A DNA stretch of 64,000 nt from Barthelona sp. PCE (Eukaryota): positions 186,001 through 250,000 of the forward strand of contig JAUFOR010000001.1 in assembly GCA_040285745.1 (NCBI GenBank). Reading direction: 5' to 3'. Numbering within the stretch: the stretch's first letter is position 1; every line of letters begins with the position of its first letter. Shown piece after piece: positions 52,125 to 63,099 of this stretch. The notes under the pieces were generated by a model. That model was given only the letters and a program-made list of their open reading frames with translations. It searched no databases and was not told the DNA's origin. Both the position numbers and the translations under genes were made by a program.

Positions 52125-52712
52125 TTATTTCCGTTGTTGTTGTTGTTGTTCATCTTCTGCTTTCTTCTGTGTAAACCATTCCTTACCAGTTTGACGTCCA
52201 GCATGAACTGATGCATATACTTGTTGTAGATTGCTCACCTTAGCATCGATGTAGTTCTGGAAAGATTGGCGACTGAAAGGTTCACCGATCGTGAGCTGAC
52301 CGGAGCTATACTTGCTTAAGAGTTGTTGCATGATTTGATCATAGTTAGTGTCATCTTCAACTTCTTCTTCCTCAGCTTCTTCCTCAATTTCTTCTTTCTT
52401 GGTTGAAGCAACTTGCTCAACGTGCTCGTGCATTTGGCAGTACATCTGTATGTGTGAGAATATCGAAAAAAGCATTTCACAACCAACAAGAATTGATGTG
52501 AGTTCATTAAGTTCAGTGTGGAACTGCTCGTCTTCGATTCTCGGCTCAAACGTGATTTCCGGCGGTACCATTGGATATTCACCTTCGCAGACTAATGTAA
52601 CTGTGAGAGAATCACCATTAAATGGAGCTATTGTGAATGTAACTGTTTTGTCATCATGTTGCACCTCGGGAAAGATACCCTTGAGCATCTCAACTTCCAT
52701 ATCAAGGTCCAT
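52125..52712 (-). CDS. RWD-domain protein (RWDD1/Gir2-like)
   Basis: EVEMLKGIF, EYPMVPPEI, LVGCEMLFSI, GEPFSRQSF, GRQTGKEWF. Confidence 0.85.
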   Translation of the reverse strand: MDLDMEVEMLKGIFPEVQHDDKTVTFTIAPFNGDSLTVTLVCEGEYPMVPPEITFEPRIEDEQFHTELNELTSILVGCEMLFSIFSHIQMYCQMHEHVEQVASTKKEEIEEEAEEEEVEDDTNYDQIMQQLLSKYSSGQLTIGEPFSRQSFQNYIDAKVSNLQQVYASVHAGRQTGKEWFTQKKAEDEQQQQQRK

Positions 52713-52885
52713 TTTTGTGTTGTGTGTAAGAAAACTTGATACAATTCAGTTGCGATGCTGATGGAGATATGCTGGCTGTGGACCCATTAATCACAGAGTA
52801 TAGTGCTAAAAACTTTCTTACAATGCCTATTAACGATATTGGGAGTTGTATTCATTTTTTTGTGTTCTTTTTCTAATTTTTTGAT

Positions 52886-55800
52886 ATGAGCGGTTTCTTG
52901 GACAGTTTTAATGTCCCGCTTTCGGGTGCAGGAGGGGGATTTTTGTCTCCAGAGAGCACATACACAGATTTTGACACCAGATACATTCCGGACAGATTTT
53001 CGTTTGATAGCGTGGATGCTGCGCTACCAAACCGCGTTATCGACGTTGCAAGCACACAGACATCTGTTTTTCTCGTTTGTGCTGATAACTCTGTTCACAA
53101 CCTGAAGATCATTGATGGAAGAAGCGAATTGTTGCTTGTCTTTCATCAGAACAAAGGAGATATCAGCTATATTCGAGCATCACCCTCTAACAACTTTCTG
53201 TTTTTGAAGAGAAATGGGTTTGAGGTATTTAATATTATGAGGGATCGTTTTGAGACCATTTCCGGTTTTACAGGAGACTTCATGGGCGCCGTTTTTGTCG
53301 AAGATGCTGATGGAGAGAAGCTGATTGTGATATCTTCCGAGGACGCTACAAAATTAACACTCAATCTTTTTTGTTCACAGAACGGGAAGAGGTGGCGTGT
53401 TGAAGAGCGAGCAGACTATTACCTCAACCACCCGATGATTGGATTGGTTAATTTGGAGTTCGTGACGAGGGAGGTCAGTGGAACAAGGCAGCTATCTCTT
53501 TATTTCACAATTAAAGACGCTAACGGTGTCAAGGCGGAACTGCTATCGACGATGGAGCCACGCATTGACGCGCTATTGGAGGCTTACAACGGTCGCAGAG
53601 AGGAGGCTTTTGTCATTGATGGGTTTGATGTTTCACGTTGCAGGAACTGCGCCATTTATGATGATAAATCCACACACTCGACGATTGTAGCGTCGTACGG
53701 GCAGCAGCCGACGACCGCAAGCGAGATGAAGGATACGCTGTTTGTGCGGTGTATATCAAGAAAGGAAGAGATTAACTTCGACCACTCATCGACCGTTGAG
53801 GATGCCACAGACCGCGTTCCCCTCTCGATCCTACAATCTGACTGGCACTTCTTTGTTACATGCGTGGATAACATCGTTGTGTACAACAAGATCCCGTACA
53901 TCAACTCCAATGTGCCACACCAGCTGCGCAGGAAACACTTTGCGTGCGAGGAGTACCCTTTGCCATTCAGGACCCCCCTAAACGAGGATAGCAAGGTATT
54001 CTCCGTAGTATTCTTCGAGTCGATATTCCCCCGTTTTTTCTTGATCAACGGTGTCGATATCATCGAGGTAACAATGCACTGCGAGGAGGAGGACAACTGG
54101 GAGGTATACATGCACCACCAGATGTTCGACAGCGCGTTGAGCTCGTTGGTTTCTAACGATGGTGTTGAGGAGAAGAAGCGCATAATTCACGGCACAGAGG
54201 CACAGCACGTCTACGACGAGGCCAGGCAGGAGTCGGGCGAGGTGGCAGACAGGTTATACAAGCGTGCCGCAAAGTTATGGGCTAAGTCGGATGTGGATTT
54301 TGCCAATGTTTGTCTGAAACTATACAAGAGCAAGGCTTTGAGTGTTTACCTTAAGCAGCTGCTGAGCCATGACTGGTATAGTGAAGACACACGTCAGGTT
54401 GCTCTCAAGATGCTTGGAATTGAGTTCCAAACACAGCGGATCATGGAGACAAAGTCGATAACGAAACGTGCTGAGTTGTTGGAGGAGCTTGGCTCACTGG
54501 TTGTCACGCGTCCGAATCAGGATGGCGAGGACCCCTTCTCGCACGTCATTGATAGGGTGTTTTCGACTGCGAGCGAGTACGGAGATATGGCTGTTCTTCT
54601 AACCATTGCTGAAGCAACCAACGATTACCAGAAGCTCATATTTATTTACCTCCAGATCGACAAGACACACAAAACGGTGCGCTCTCCGATGACTCAGGAG
54701 ATGATCGACATCCTTGAACATATCGAGTCATTTGATGCGAGAACGATTACAGAGAGCCAGGCCAAGTCGATTGCGCGTTACATGGAAGCGATATTCATGA
54801 CGCTGCACGCAGAAGCAATTGAACGTGGTCGCGCCATCCTTGATGACATTGTTGCAATGTGTGGAAACGAGCGCCTCGTTGCAATGAAGAGGAGGATGAG
54901 GAATTTTGTTGAGCTGGCCATTGATTGCATCATACTCAGCAACGATAAAGATTTGGTGTACAACTTCTCTCCCATTTTATGCGAGCATGAGACAAACGTT
55001 GCGCTCAAGCAGAACGTACTGCAGAAGACAGTTGATATGTGGAAGAGAATTGACGGCTTGGAACCTGTTAAGCTTCTCCCTGCGCTGATTCAGACCGAAC
55101 TTGCAGAGTGGTCTCGCGAGGACGTTGACGAGCAGAAAGAAATCGAGCGGGAAGGTAAGGCAGATATGCGTACAAAGTTACTTGCTTATCAGTACCTGCA
55201 GTCAACTTTTGAGAAGTTAAAGTTAGGTGGTCAGTTGGAAAGTATAACGCCTTCTCTGTGCAACATATACGGTTTCTTGTTGATTGAACTTGAAAAGGAT
55301 GAGGCATTCCTTGTTTTCTTCGACACGACAGACAGTATTGAGAAAACAGATTTGCACTATCTTCTTAGAGTGGCACGGAGGAAGCGTGATTCCTCAGCAA
55401 AGTTCCGTATTTTGGGTCATCTATACTTCAAGCTGAAGCTTTACGAAGACGCTTTGAGTGTTTTACTAACCAACGAAGAGACGGAACTCGCGCTCAATCT
55501 TTTACGTGATTCAGATCTGGATAACAGCAGCAAGAACAGGCTTAACCTTTTGTTCGCAAAGAACTGCTTTGATCAGGGCCATTTCGACAAGGTTCTGGAG
55601 GATCTGAAACAGAAGTTGGGATCGTCAGCCGATCTTGATAAGCTGGTCGTTGATCTCCTCCCGTTTATTCCCCCGTCAACGACGCTCGGAACACTCAAGA
55701 AGAACGTTATCATGAGCTTAACAAACAGTGATAGCTCAATGAAGCAAGCCCAGCTTAATCTGAACAGACTGGTCGAGACGACAAAGTTCTTGGATGAGTT

Positions 55801-56260
55801 GGAACAAAGGTTTGATGCGCTCCCGGTGGTCATGTCAACCGCTGCAATGTGTCATTCTTGTGGAGATCCAGTGTGGGGTACTAAGTTCTTCACTTTCCCG
55901 TGTGGTCACGCGTTTCACAGTGACAGGTGCATGATGAAGTATAGAAAGCGGCTTGGAGTCAGTAACGGTGTCCTGGATAGGGCAGCAGATACCCTGAGTG
56001 CTTTACAGAAACTGCGATCAAGCGGTCCGAAATTGGAGGAGGAGTTGGCAGTTTACGGCTTTAACGCAGAGGAAGAGTCCGCTCCTGATTTCCTGGAGAG
56101 GCTTATTGAGAGCCAGGAACAGTTCCTTAACGAAACGTTGGGTGAGAGTTGTCCAGTGTGTGGATATATTGCTATCAAGAGCGCCACGAACCCGTATTCG
56201 ATTAATAAGATGTTCACAGATACAGAAAACAGCAAGTACGCTAAATGGGATAGATCATAG
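52886..56260 (+). CDS. VPS18: Vacuolar protein sorting 18 (Pep3), HOPS/CORVET core subunit
   Basis: SDWHFF, EEEDNWEVYM, FANVCLKL; C-terminal RING CHSC...FFTFPCGHAFH...ESCPVCG. Confidence 0.9.
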   Translation: MSGFLDSFNVPLSGAGGGFLSPESTYTDFDTRYIPDRFSFDSVDAALPNRVIDVASTQTSVFLVCADNSVHNLKIIDGRSELLLVFHQNKGDISYIRASPSNNFLFLKRNGFEVFNIMRDRFETISGFTGDFMGAVFVEDADGEKLIVISSEDATKLTLNLFCSQNGKRWRVEERADYYLNHPMIGLVNLEFVTREVSGTRQLSLYFTIKDANGVKAELLSTMEPRIDALLEAYNGRREEAFVIDGFDVSRCRNCAIYDDKSTHSTIVASYGQQPTTASEMKDTLFVRCISRKEEINFDHSSTVEDATDRVPLSILQSDWHFFVTCVDNIVVYNKIPYINSNVPHQLRRKHFACEEYPLPFRTPLNEDSKVFSVVFFESIFPRFFLINGVDIIEVTMHCEEEDNWEVYMHHQMFDSALSSLVSNDGVEEKKRIIHGTEAQHVYDEARQESGEVADRLYKRAAKLWAKSDVDFANVCLKLYKSKALSVYLKQLLSHDWYSEDTRQVALKMLGIEFQTQRIMETKSITKRAELLEELGSLVVTRPNQDGEDPFSHVIDRVFSTASEYGDMAVLLTIAEATNDYQKLIFIYLQIDKTHKTVRSPMTQEMIDILEHIESFDARTITESQAKSIARYMEAIFMTLHAEAIERGRAILDDIVAMCGNERLVAMKRRMRNFVELAIDCIILSNDKDLVYNFSPILCEHETNVALKQNVLQKTVDMWKRIDGLEPVKLLPALIQTELAEWSREDVDEQKEIEREGKADMRTKLLAYQYLQSTFEKLKLGGQLESITPSLCNIYGFLLIELEKDEAFLVFFDTTDSIEKTDLHYLLRVARRKRDSSAKFRILGHLYFKLKLYEDALSVLLTNEETELALNLLRDSDLDNSSKNRLNLLFAKNCFDQGHFDKVLEDLKQKLGSSADLDKLVVDLLPFIPPSTTLGTLKKNVIMSLTNSDSSMKQAQLNLNRLVETTKFLDELEQRFDALPVVMSTAAMCHSCGDPVWGTKFFTFPCGHAFHSDRCMMKYRKRLGVSNGVLDRAADTLSALQKLRSSGPKLEEELAVYGFNAEEESAPDFLERLIESQEQFLNETLGESCPVCGYIAIKSATNPYSINKMFTDTENSKYAKWDRS

Positions 56261-56356
56261 AAGTAAATATGTACGTATTGTTGTTTTTGCAAAATCTCCC
56301 CTTTACATTTTTATTTTTCCGCATTTTAATTTGGAAGGAAAAGGAAGCACTCGCAG

Positions 56357-56881
56357 ATGCCCGTTTTTGGATTGTTGAACACTGAAGAAAAACCACACAA
56401 ACTCACTTATGATTCTCTATTACGTCCTGAGATTATAGCTAGGATTAAGACACAGATAATGAAGAAAAAGGTCGAAAAAGCAGCTGAGAAGAACAGGAAT
56501 AGATCAGTAGATAAAGAGCTGATTGCCAAGTACAGAAAAAATTATAAGGAGGCTGATCGGGAAATTATAGAACAGTTGAAGGCGACAAAGCAGAAGATTA
56601 AAGAGTCACACCAAAAGAGATCCACATTAGCGAAAAAGTTTGAGAAAGCTCTAGAAAAAGAAAAAGAGCAAGCTACTAAGCAGGAGGAAAAAACTGAAAA
56701 GAAGTCTAGTTTCATGACACAACCACGTCCACACAAGCCAGTACCTCAACCATCCGCTAAAGGTCCGAGATCACAAAACCAACGTCCTGGACGTGTATCG
56801 GGTATGCCAATGTTGTCAGGTCCGCCCATGTCGTACGCTCCAGTTCGTACGATTCCACAAATGGTACCGCAAAGGTGGTGA
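56357..56881 (+). CDS. Small basic coiled-coil protein with Pro-rich tail
   Basis: 174-aa ORF filling the gap between neighbours. Confidence 0.7.
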   Translation: MPVFGLLNTEEKPHKLTYDSLLRPEIIARIKTQIMKKKVEKAAEKNRNRSVDKELIAKYRKNYKEADREIIEQLKATKQKIKESHQKRSTLAKKFEKALEKEKEQATKQEEKTEKKSSFMTQPRPHKPVPQPSAKGPRSQNQRPGRVSGMPMLSGPPMSYAPVRTIPQMVPQRW

Positions 56882-56918
56882 ATAATAAAAAATCGTTTTC
56901 TATCTTTTTTCCTTTCTC

Positions 56919-59900
56919 ATGCCTCCTAGAGCTTCTGCAAAATCCAGGAGCGGAAAAGCACGAGGTGGAGCGCGAGGAGCAGCGAAATTAAAGCCAAGCG
57001 CAAGCCGGAGAAATGTAGCAAAAAGGGGTAAAGCACGTGGAGCTGCACGAGGCGGAAAGACAAAGCGCAGGCAACAACACGTATCTGATACAGAGTCAGA
57101 GGAGAGTGAGTACGACTCCGAATACGACACAGAAAGCGGGAGCGAAGATAGTTCTTTGCCATCACGCGAATCTCTTAAGAAGGAACGGGATATCCTTGAA
57201 AACAACCCTGGGTACTCAAAGCACGTTGATAAGAAGAAAAAGAAGACTTTTTATTATGTAACAACAAAGGGTCTCAAAGATAAAGAATTTGTGTATATGG
57301 AGTGTAAGGACAGGAAGGGACGTACGTATTTCGCCCACCTAAAGTCAAAAAAGGCTGTTTGGGAGCTTCCAAAGGTTGAACCTGAGGACATGCCAGCTGA
57401 GCCCGAACCTAAAGGAGAATCTAGCCCGAAAGACGAGGCCAACCCAAAGGAGGAGGAAGAGGTCAAGCCAAAACCAAAGCCAAAGCCAAAACCAAAGCCA
57501 AAGCACAAGAAGCCCCCACGTCCAGAGCCTCCTGTGTTTATGGATGTTTCAAAGAGTGACGCTGTCGGAAAGAAACCAGTTTGGTCATTCAGACAGGAGT
57601 GTATTGAGCACCATCTTTTTCACCGTCGTGGACAACTACCTTTTGTTATTGATGCTGTGTTAAAAACAAAAATGAACGGAGTCACTGGTTATTTGATCGA
57701 GTTCCGCTCTCTACACGACCTTTCCATGGTTGCTTTTTATTCAGGGATGGTGACTGATGATAATCTAACGTCATCTCTCGAATTAAGACATATGTTTTCT
57801 CCAACTACGTGTGTCAAAGTGGACGTCGAGGACGAAGCTGTCGCAAAGGATGTAACAGATACCGAAGTTGTTCCTAGGACAGTTGTGATTACTATTGATT
57901 CCGTTAAATACTGTTTTAATATACTCAGTACAGAAATAGAACAGTTACAGTGGTTTTTCCGTGATTTATTTAAGTTTCCGAGAATAGAACTCACAGATCA
58001 GCTCAACACAACTGAGATCAAGCTTCCTGAAAAGCCAATGTTTGAATTTGCTGAGGGTGTTGTTGTTTTTGAACCTGGGGAAATTTTACCCAAAACAGTG
58101 GATTTTCCGATCTCTAATCCCGACGTATTTGCCGATCTGGTTAACGCATTCATCGCACTGCGACGAAAAGCAGGCGTCACAACTGCATTGGTTACAATTG
58201 CGGATCAAATATCCGGTTTGGAGTTTGCTGAGCCAGATTTCAATGAGAATTCAGGCAAAGTATCGTTTAAAACAGACGAAGATGAGAAATCTACCATTGA
58301 AGCTGCTCATAAGTTTTTTGTTTGCACTTCAATAATAAGAGCTGCTTTGCACGTTAAGCCGTTGATAGATCCAAAGGTTACACTCAGCATAGCTGCTGAA
58401 TTTGAGAACAAGAAGGAGGTAGAGGCATACGGCATAGGTTCCTTGGCAGAGTCCATTTCAAAGAAGCTAAAGGAGCATTCTAGTTCCGTCAAGAAGCGAA
58501 AGAAGCTGGAGGAGTACACCCAGCAGGTCTCTAAGGAGCAGCAGTCTCTCACAACAGTTGAAAAGAATGTGTTGGTGAACATATTGCAGCAATATTCTTT
58601 CAGGCTTGGCACTGCTCTTCCCGAGAAGTCATTGATGGTCGTGGCTCTCTGGACCGACGGAAACGTCGCCGCCATAGACAAAACACAGAACTTGCCATTT
58701 GTCACCATTTTAACAAGCCTCCCTAACCACCTAAAGAACGATCCTAATCTTTTTGACATGCTTCCTAGTGTCATTCTGCTATCAAGGTTCCCCGACCTGA
58801 AGGCCGAGGACAAGCCCCTGCTGCTGAACAGTCGTTTGGCGTTCAGGAAGTTAGCAAATAGGCTACGTGTCACAGAGACGGATTTGGGAATGTTGAGCGA
58901 GCGTGTGCTGATGTTACCGTCCCCTGACAGCCAGCTTTTGGTTACGACGCGCGTGATGGCGACGTCAGCATTGAGGGATGCAGCGAAAGCACGGAACTTG
59001 CAACTGGTTAACATTCGTCAGATTGAAAGGATGTTTGCTGAGCAATGCTTTGACTGCGGGTTTTACGACAAGGAGCACAACTGCCAGGATTTATTTCAAC
59101 CTTACCTGCCCACCGATGGCAAACGTGAACAAGGTCTATTCTTTACAGTTGTTGGGTACGACAAAGACGATAGAATCGTCACTCATAAGGACAGGGTACC
59201 GCTCGTTAAGATTAGAGACGATCCCGTGTTGTCACAGGACCACATTGACTGGATCAGACAGTTTAGGTTCAGATATTTGAATAACCTGCCGATGACGGAA
59301 CCGACAGAGGACGAAGCGTTCATCGAAGACTTTTTGAAGGCGTTCGATGGTGCAATGGAACTTGCTAACGATCTTCAGATTGATGCAGCGCTTTGTGACG
59401 TCATGTTTTATTCTAATGACGATCGCTCGTACATATTTTTTGCTGGTCGCTCTGAATCTTTGGAGACCCCTCACGTGCAGTTTGCGCTAGCCGCGTTTGA
59501 TCTCGGGCTTGCAGACCTCGGAAGGGCATTCGGAGAGATGTATTTGGCAGATGACATTATGCAGTACTATTTAAGTCCTTTGCATATGGTTCGTTTCATG
59601 TCTCTCTTGACAGCGGCGCCTGGGGCCATACAGGCCGGAAGCGGCATCCCTGCACACTGCCAGTTGATCAAGAACGGCGCAGAGCTTACATCTGTAGAGT
59701 TGTTCGAAAAGAGCAAGTTACAGGCGGAGAGCCTTGATCGTGTTTCATTCACAATGCAGGACGCTACCCGCTCGGGCAAGAGCTACCGTCAGTTGAAGGA
59801 GCTGTTTAACGAGCTGATGGCAAAGCAAAATTCACCATACGCCACTGGAGCCGGACTTGTATACAATGACACAGCATACACTTCGATTGAGCACGAAAGG

Positions 59901-61727
59901 ATTGATAAAGAGTTCGAGCTGAGTGATTTGTTGCAGTATGTTGATGTAGAGCTTTCTAATGAAGGGTGGATAAGTTCCATTGTTACTGAAGTGGTTGAAC
60001 TTTCCTTGATAGAGACGGTTGACATTCCTGATATCCTTGAGGTCGAAAAGACGCTCAATGAGATGGTGGAGATAGTATCCTGCGGACATGATCTCGTCAA
60101 AGACACGGAAACAATGGTTTTGGAGCAGGTTTCGCTCGAAAAGATTGTTCGTGAGCAAGAGAACATGATGAACGAGAACCAAGAGTTTCTGAACAGGGTC
60201 GGCGAGAAGACTTTCCTACCGAGAGAGCCGTTACACCCGTTACACTCCAAGCAGACGTTGTTTGGGAGGATCGTAACTAACTACGCCGAAAAGATGCAGG
60301 CGTTTGTGGATTCTGCCCAGCGCGTGCTGCAGACGTTGAACGAACTGGAGGATGTCGAGGACGTTGTAGTTTCAGTTATTCCGGATTATCGTGAGAAGGC
60401 GATGGAGGCCGCAACAATAGCTCGAAAAAAGGAGCGCCTGCGCTTGCAAAAGGAGAGGAAAAACCGTGAAGCTACGGAGAAGATGAGGAAAACGCCGAAG
60501 AAGGCTAAGAGAAAATTACCAGTGATGCAGTCGCCGGCTAGCCCTCTTCCAAAAGCAAGTGTTTCGATCCCAGAGCTCATGTTACGCAAAGAAATTGAGC
60601 GCATCCAGCACAATAAGCGAGAAACAGCAATGTCTGATGCTGATACTGAAGTTTCATCTTTGCATTTGGAGACTCCCACTCGAAAAACACCGTCAAAATC
60701 TCGATTTGGAACTGCTAAGTCGCCGTTATCTCGTCGAAAGAAGCCTAAGGTACGAGGACTGTCGAAACTGAGACAGCTTAGCGAGGTGCATCGTCGAGCA
60801 CGTAATCAGGATGACACCCCAGCAAAGGAGTTTGTTCCTAGCACAGAAGTACAGGCTGTATTTTATCTACCACTGGAGGAGCAGTCGTTTGAAGTTGCGC
60901 TCTCGAAGTGTACATCAGTTTGTCTAGCGCTAAGTCAAGACTCTAGATTTGTCGAGCTGCCACATATATCTTCAGCTGCATTCAGCGTTGTACTGGAATT
61001 TCTTGAAGATCCCGCTACGTTTATCAAGGTGGGAACGGTACTACCGTACCAGGCCGACAACACATTATGGATCCAAGTGATGGGTGCAGCAGAACTTCTT
61101 CGCTGTTTTACGCTCTGGGTTTTTGCAGCAGAGCAGGTTTATTTCAAATCAAATCTCATATCGAAGTTCGATATGCTTGCTATTTCGAGTCAATCGTTCG
61201 TACCATCAACTTCTCTCATGGCACTTCTCTTACAACAGGCTGAGTATCTGCAATGGAGAATGGCTCAAGGTTCAATGATAGTTTTGGATATGATTTGGTG
61301 TTCTATGTGGATGCAAATGCGTGAATTGCCGTTTGATACGATCGAAACAGTATATTCTCGACACGAAGGTGATTGGGTTAACTTTTTCAGTGCAGATCGT
61401 ATCGAACGTGGTATCCTGATGGGTATAGACCAAATTTCACGAGACGAATTGGCTCTTTGGGCTCAATTTTTAGGTAACTTTGTTTTTAAACTGAATTTAA
61501 GCAATTCTTCTATTTCTACAGATGAAGTAACTATTGCCCTTGCCCTCTGCCCCAATGTATTTGAGTTAAATCTGTCTGGAACCCTCATCACAGATGTGTG
61601 CATTGAAGAGATCATACAAAGTGTAGGTCCTACGTTGCGGATTTTGAGGATAGAAGATACACACATATCGCCAACAGCGGTCAACAGACTGTTAAAGTAC
61701 GCTCCAGGTATTGAGTTGTTTGTGTAG
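56919..61727 (+). CDS. 1602-aa multidomain protein: RGG-like N-terminus, WW-like, coiled coil, BTB/Skp1-like, LRR
   Basis: DRKGRTYFAHLKSKKAVWELP (WW-like); VELPHISSAAFSVVLEFL...AAELL (BTB/Skp1-like); LNLSNSSI, LNLSGTLIT, LRIEDTHIS (LRR). Confidence 0.8.
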   Translation: MPPRASAKSRSGKARGGARGAAKLKPSASRRNVAKRGKARGAARGGKTKRRQQHVSDTESEESEYDSEYDTESGSEDSSLPSRESLKKERDILENNPGYSKHVDKKKKKTFYYVTTKGLKDKEFVYMECKDRKGRTYFAHLKSKKAVWELPKVEPEDMPAEPEPKGESSPKDEANPKEEEEVKPKPKPKPKPKPKHKKPPRPEPPVFMDVSKSDAVGKKPVWSFRQECIEHHLFHRRGQLPFVIDAVLKTKMNGVTGYLIEFRSLHDLSMVAFYSGMVTDDNLTSSLELRHMFSPTTCVKVDVEDEAVAKDVTDTEVVPRTVVITIDSVKYCFNILSTEIEQLQWFFRDLFKFPRIELTDQLNTTEIKLPEKPMFEFAEGVVVFEPGEILPKTVDFPISNPDVFADLVNAFIALRRKAGVTTALVTIADQISGLEFAEPDFNENSGKVSFKTDEDEKSTIEAAHKFFVCTSIIRAALHVKPLIDPKVTLSIAAEFENKKEVEAYGIGSLAESISKKLKEHSSSVKKRKKLEEYTQQVSKEQQSLTTVEKNVLVNILQQYSFRLGTALPEKSLMVVALWTDGNVAAIDKTQNLPFVTILTSLPNHLKNDPNLFDMLPSVILLSRFPDLKAEDKPLLLNSRLAFRKLANRLRVTETDLGMLSERVLMLPSPDSQLLVTTRVMATSALRDAAKARNLQLVNIRQIERMFAEQCFDCGFYDKEHNCQDLFQPYLPTDGKREQGLFFTVVGYDKDDRIVTHKDRVPLVKIRDDPVLSQDHIDWIRQFRFRYLNNLPMTEPTEDEAFIEDFLKAFDGAMELANDLQIDAALCDVMFYSNDDRSYIFFAGRSESLETPHVQFALAAFDLGLADLGRAFGEMYLADDIMQYYLSPLHMVRFMSLLTAAPGAIQAGSGIPAHCQLIKNGAELTSVELFEKSKLQAESLDRVSFTMQDATRSGKSYRQLKELFNELMAKQNSPYATGAGLVYNDTAYTSIEHERIDKEFELSDLLQYVDVELSNEGWISSIVTEVVELSLIETVDIPDILEVEKTLNEMVEIVSCGHDLVKDTETMVLEQVSLEKIVREQENMMNENQEFLNRVGEKTFLPREPLHPLHSKQTLFGRIVTNYAEKMQAFVDSAQRVLQTLNELEDVEDVVVSVIPDYREKAMEAATIARKKERLRLQKERKNREATEKMRKTPKKAKRKLPVMQSPASPLPKASVSIPELMLRKEIERIQHNKRETAMSDADTEVSSLHLETPTRKTPSKSRFGTAKSPLSRRKKPKVRGLSKLRQLSEVHRRARNQDDTPAKEFVPSTEVQAVFYLPLEEQSFEVALSKCTSVCLALSQDSRFVELPHISSAAFSVVLEFLEDPATFIKVGTVLPYQADNTLWIQVMGAAELLRCFTLWVFAAEQVYFKSNLISKFDMLAISSQSFVPSTSLMALLLQQAEYLQWRMAQGSMIVLDMIWCSMWMQMRELPFDTIETVYSRHEGDWVNFFSADRIERGILMGIDQISRDELALWAQFLGNFVFKLNLSNSSISTDEVTIALALCPNVFELNLSGTLITDVCIEEIIQSVGPTLRILRIEDTHISPTAVNRLLKYAPGIELFV
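57465..57503 (+). repeat. Hexanucleotide coding repeat (KP)n
   Basis: aagccaaaaccaaagcca... encodes KPKPKPKPKPKPK. Confidence 0.9.
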
Positions 61728-61994
61728 CGATAAATAAAAGCATATTTAAAAGTAGTAGCGCACGTAAAGTGTATGGGTATTGAGATTAACTATCATTACA
61801 GTGAAGTTTTATGCCTAATTGTACTGTTAGACACTGTAAATCAAATTTTTTTGTTCTTTTTCCAAATATCTAAGCAGTAAAACTGAGGCTTATCTACGAT
61901 TTAAACCTCAAAAAGCAACGGCAGAGATCAATACAGCAGTTTTTTCTTGCATTTCCTTTTTTCTGTTTTTTCTATTCTTGATTTACTTTTAGAT

Positions 61995-62882
61995 ATGAGC
62001 ATGAGTGATGTTTTACACTTTAAAGCGAACGATGCTGCTGTTTGCGGTCTTTCAACTTATACTATTATACCCATTCGCGGTATTGCACTAAACAGGGCTT
62101 TTTTGAGGCAAAAGCTCTTGAGTTTCCGCACCAATGCGATCCATGGGCTTGGAATCAGGGAGAGCGACATCCCAAGTGTCGAGCAACTCGTTAAAAGGGC
62201 AATTTCTTCAGCCAGCCAGTCATCTTATGATAATGCTCAATTAGTGATCATTGCATCACCAGGCGAGGCCAAATGGGGCATGTTTGGCGATCTGGGAACA
62301 CCACACGTACTCATGAACGTTATTGATAACACAAGGTGTCCTAACACCATTTCACTTGGCACAGTTGCTGTGACTGATGAATACAAGGTCTCACATCGCA
62401 AGAGCATGGAGCTGGGCTGGAACCGTCTCGTTGCACACCGTGTTCAGAAGGATGGGTACGATGATGCGCTTCTTTATTCAACTGATTATTGTGTTTTGCA
62501 GGGAAGTCACAACAACGTGTTCTGGATTAAAGGGGACCAAGTCTTCACGCCAGAGATCATCCCGGGCTTGGTTTTTGACGGTATTAGCCGTTGTATTGTT
62601 CAAACGATTTGTGAGAATCTCAACGTCGACTTTATTGAGAAAAAAGCAGTTGTTGAGGAGCTACAGCAGGCTGACGCTATCTTTATGGGGGAGTTCAAAC
62701 CGGTAGACAGAGTTGATGGTGTTTTTATCACATCAAAGAATAATGCATTGTTTTCAGCATTGAATAATCATTATATCGAAGCTTATGCGTATCCGTCAGA
62801 GACTACAGGCATTGGTAGCACGATGTTTGGTGAACAAAGCCTTCCTTCAATGGTCAAATGCGTTGAAGGTTTGGCAGAGTAA
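61995..62882 (+). CDS. Fold-type IV PLP enzyme (branched-chain aminotransferase/ADC-lyase-like), divergent
   Basis: YKVSHR (putative Schiff-base Lys), GYDDALL, QGSHNNVFWIKGDQVFTP, FDGISR, ELQQADAIF. Confidence 0.82.
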   Translation: MSMSDVLHFKANDAAVCGLSTYTIIPIRGIALNRAFLRQKLLSFRTNAIHGLGIRESDIPSVEQLVKRAISSASQSSYDNAQLVIIASPGEAKWGMFGDLGTPHVLMNVIDNTRCPNTISLGTVAVTDEYKVSHRKSMELGWNRLVAHRVQKDGYDDALLYSTDYCVLQGSHNNVFWIKGDQVFTPEIIPGLVFDGISRCIVQTICENLNVDFIEKKAVVEELQQADAIFMGEFKPVDRVDGVFITSKNNALFSALNNHYIEAYAYPSETTGIGSTMFGEQSLPSMVKCVEGLAE

Positions 62883-63099
62883 ATATAATTATTGTCTAAC
62901 AGGCGTGATTATGATACAAAGAATAATAATAAAGAGAGATAAAGTTTTAGTTTTGTTGGAGATGCAGGCATATTATACTAGTGTTTAAACTATTATTTAG
63001 AAGGGTAAAAGGTGCAAATCATGTCATCAAAAGTGTTTAAAGGATACATACACATAAATTTGTGCTTTAAGTATTGAAACCCAATTCATTTTGTAGAAT

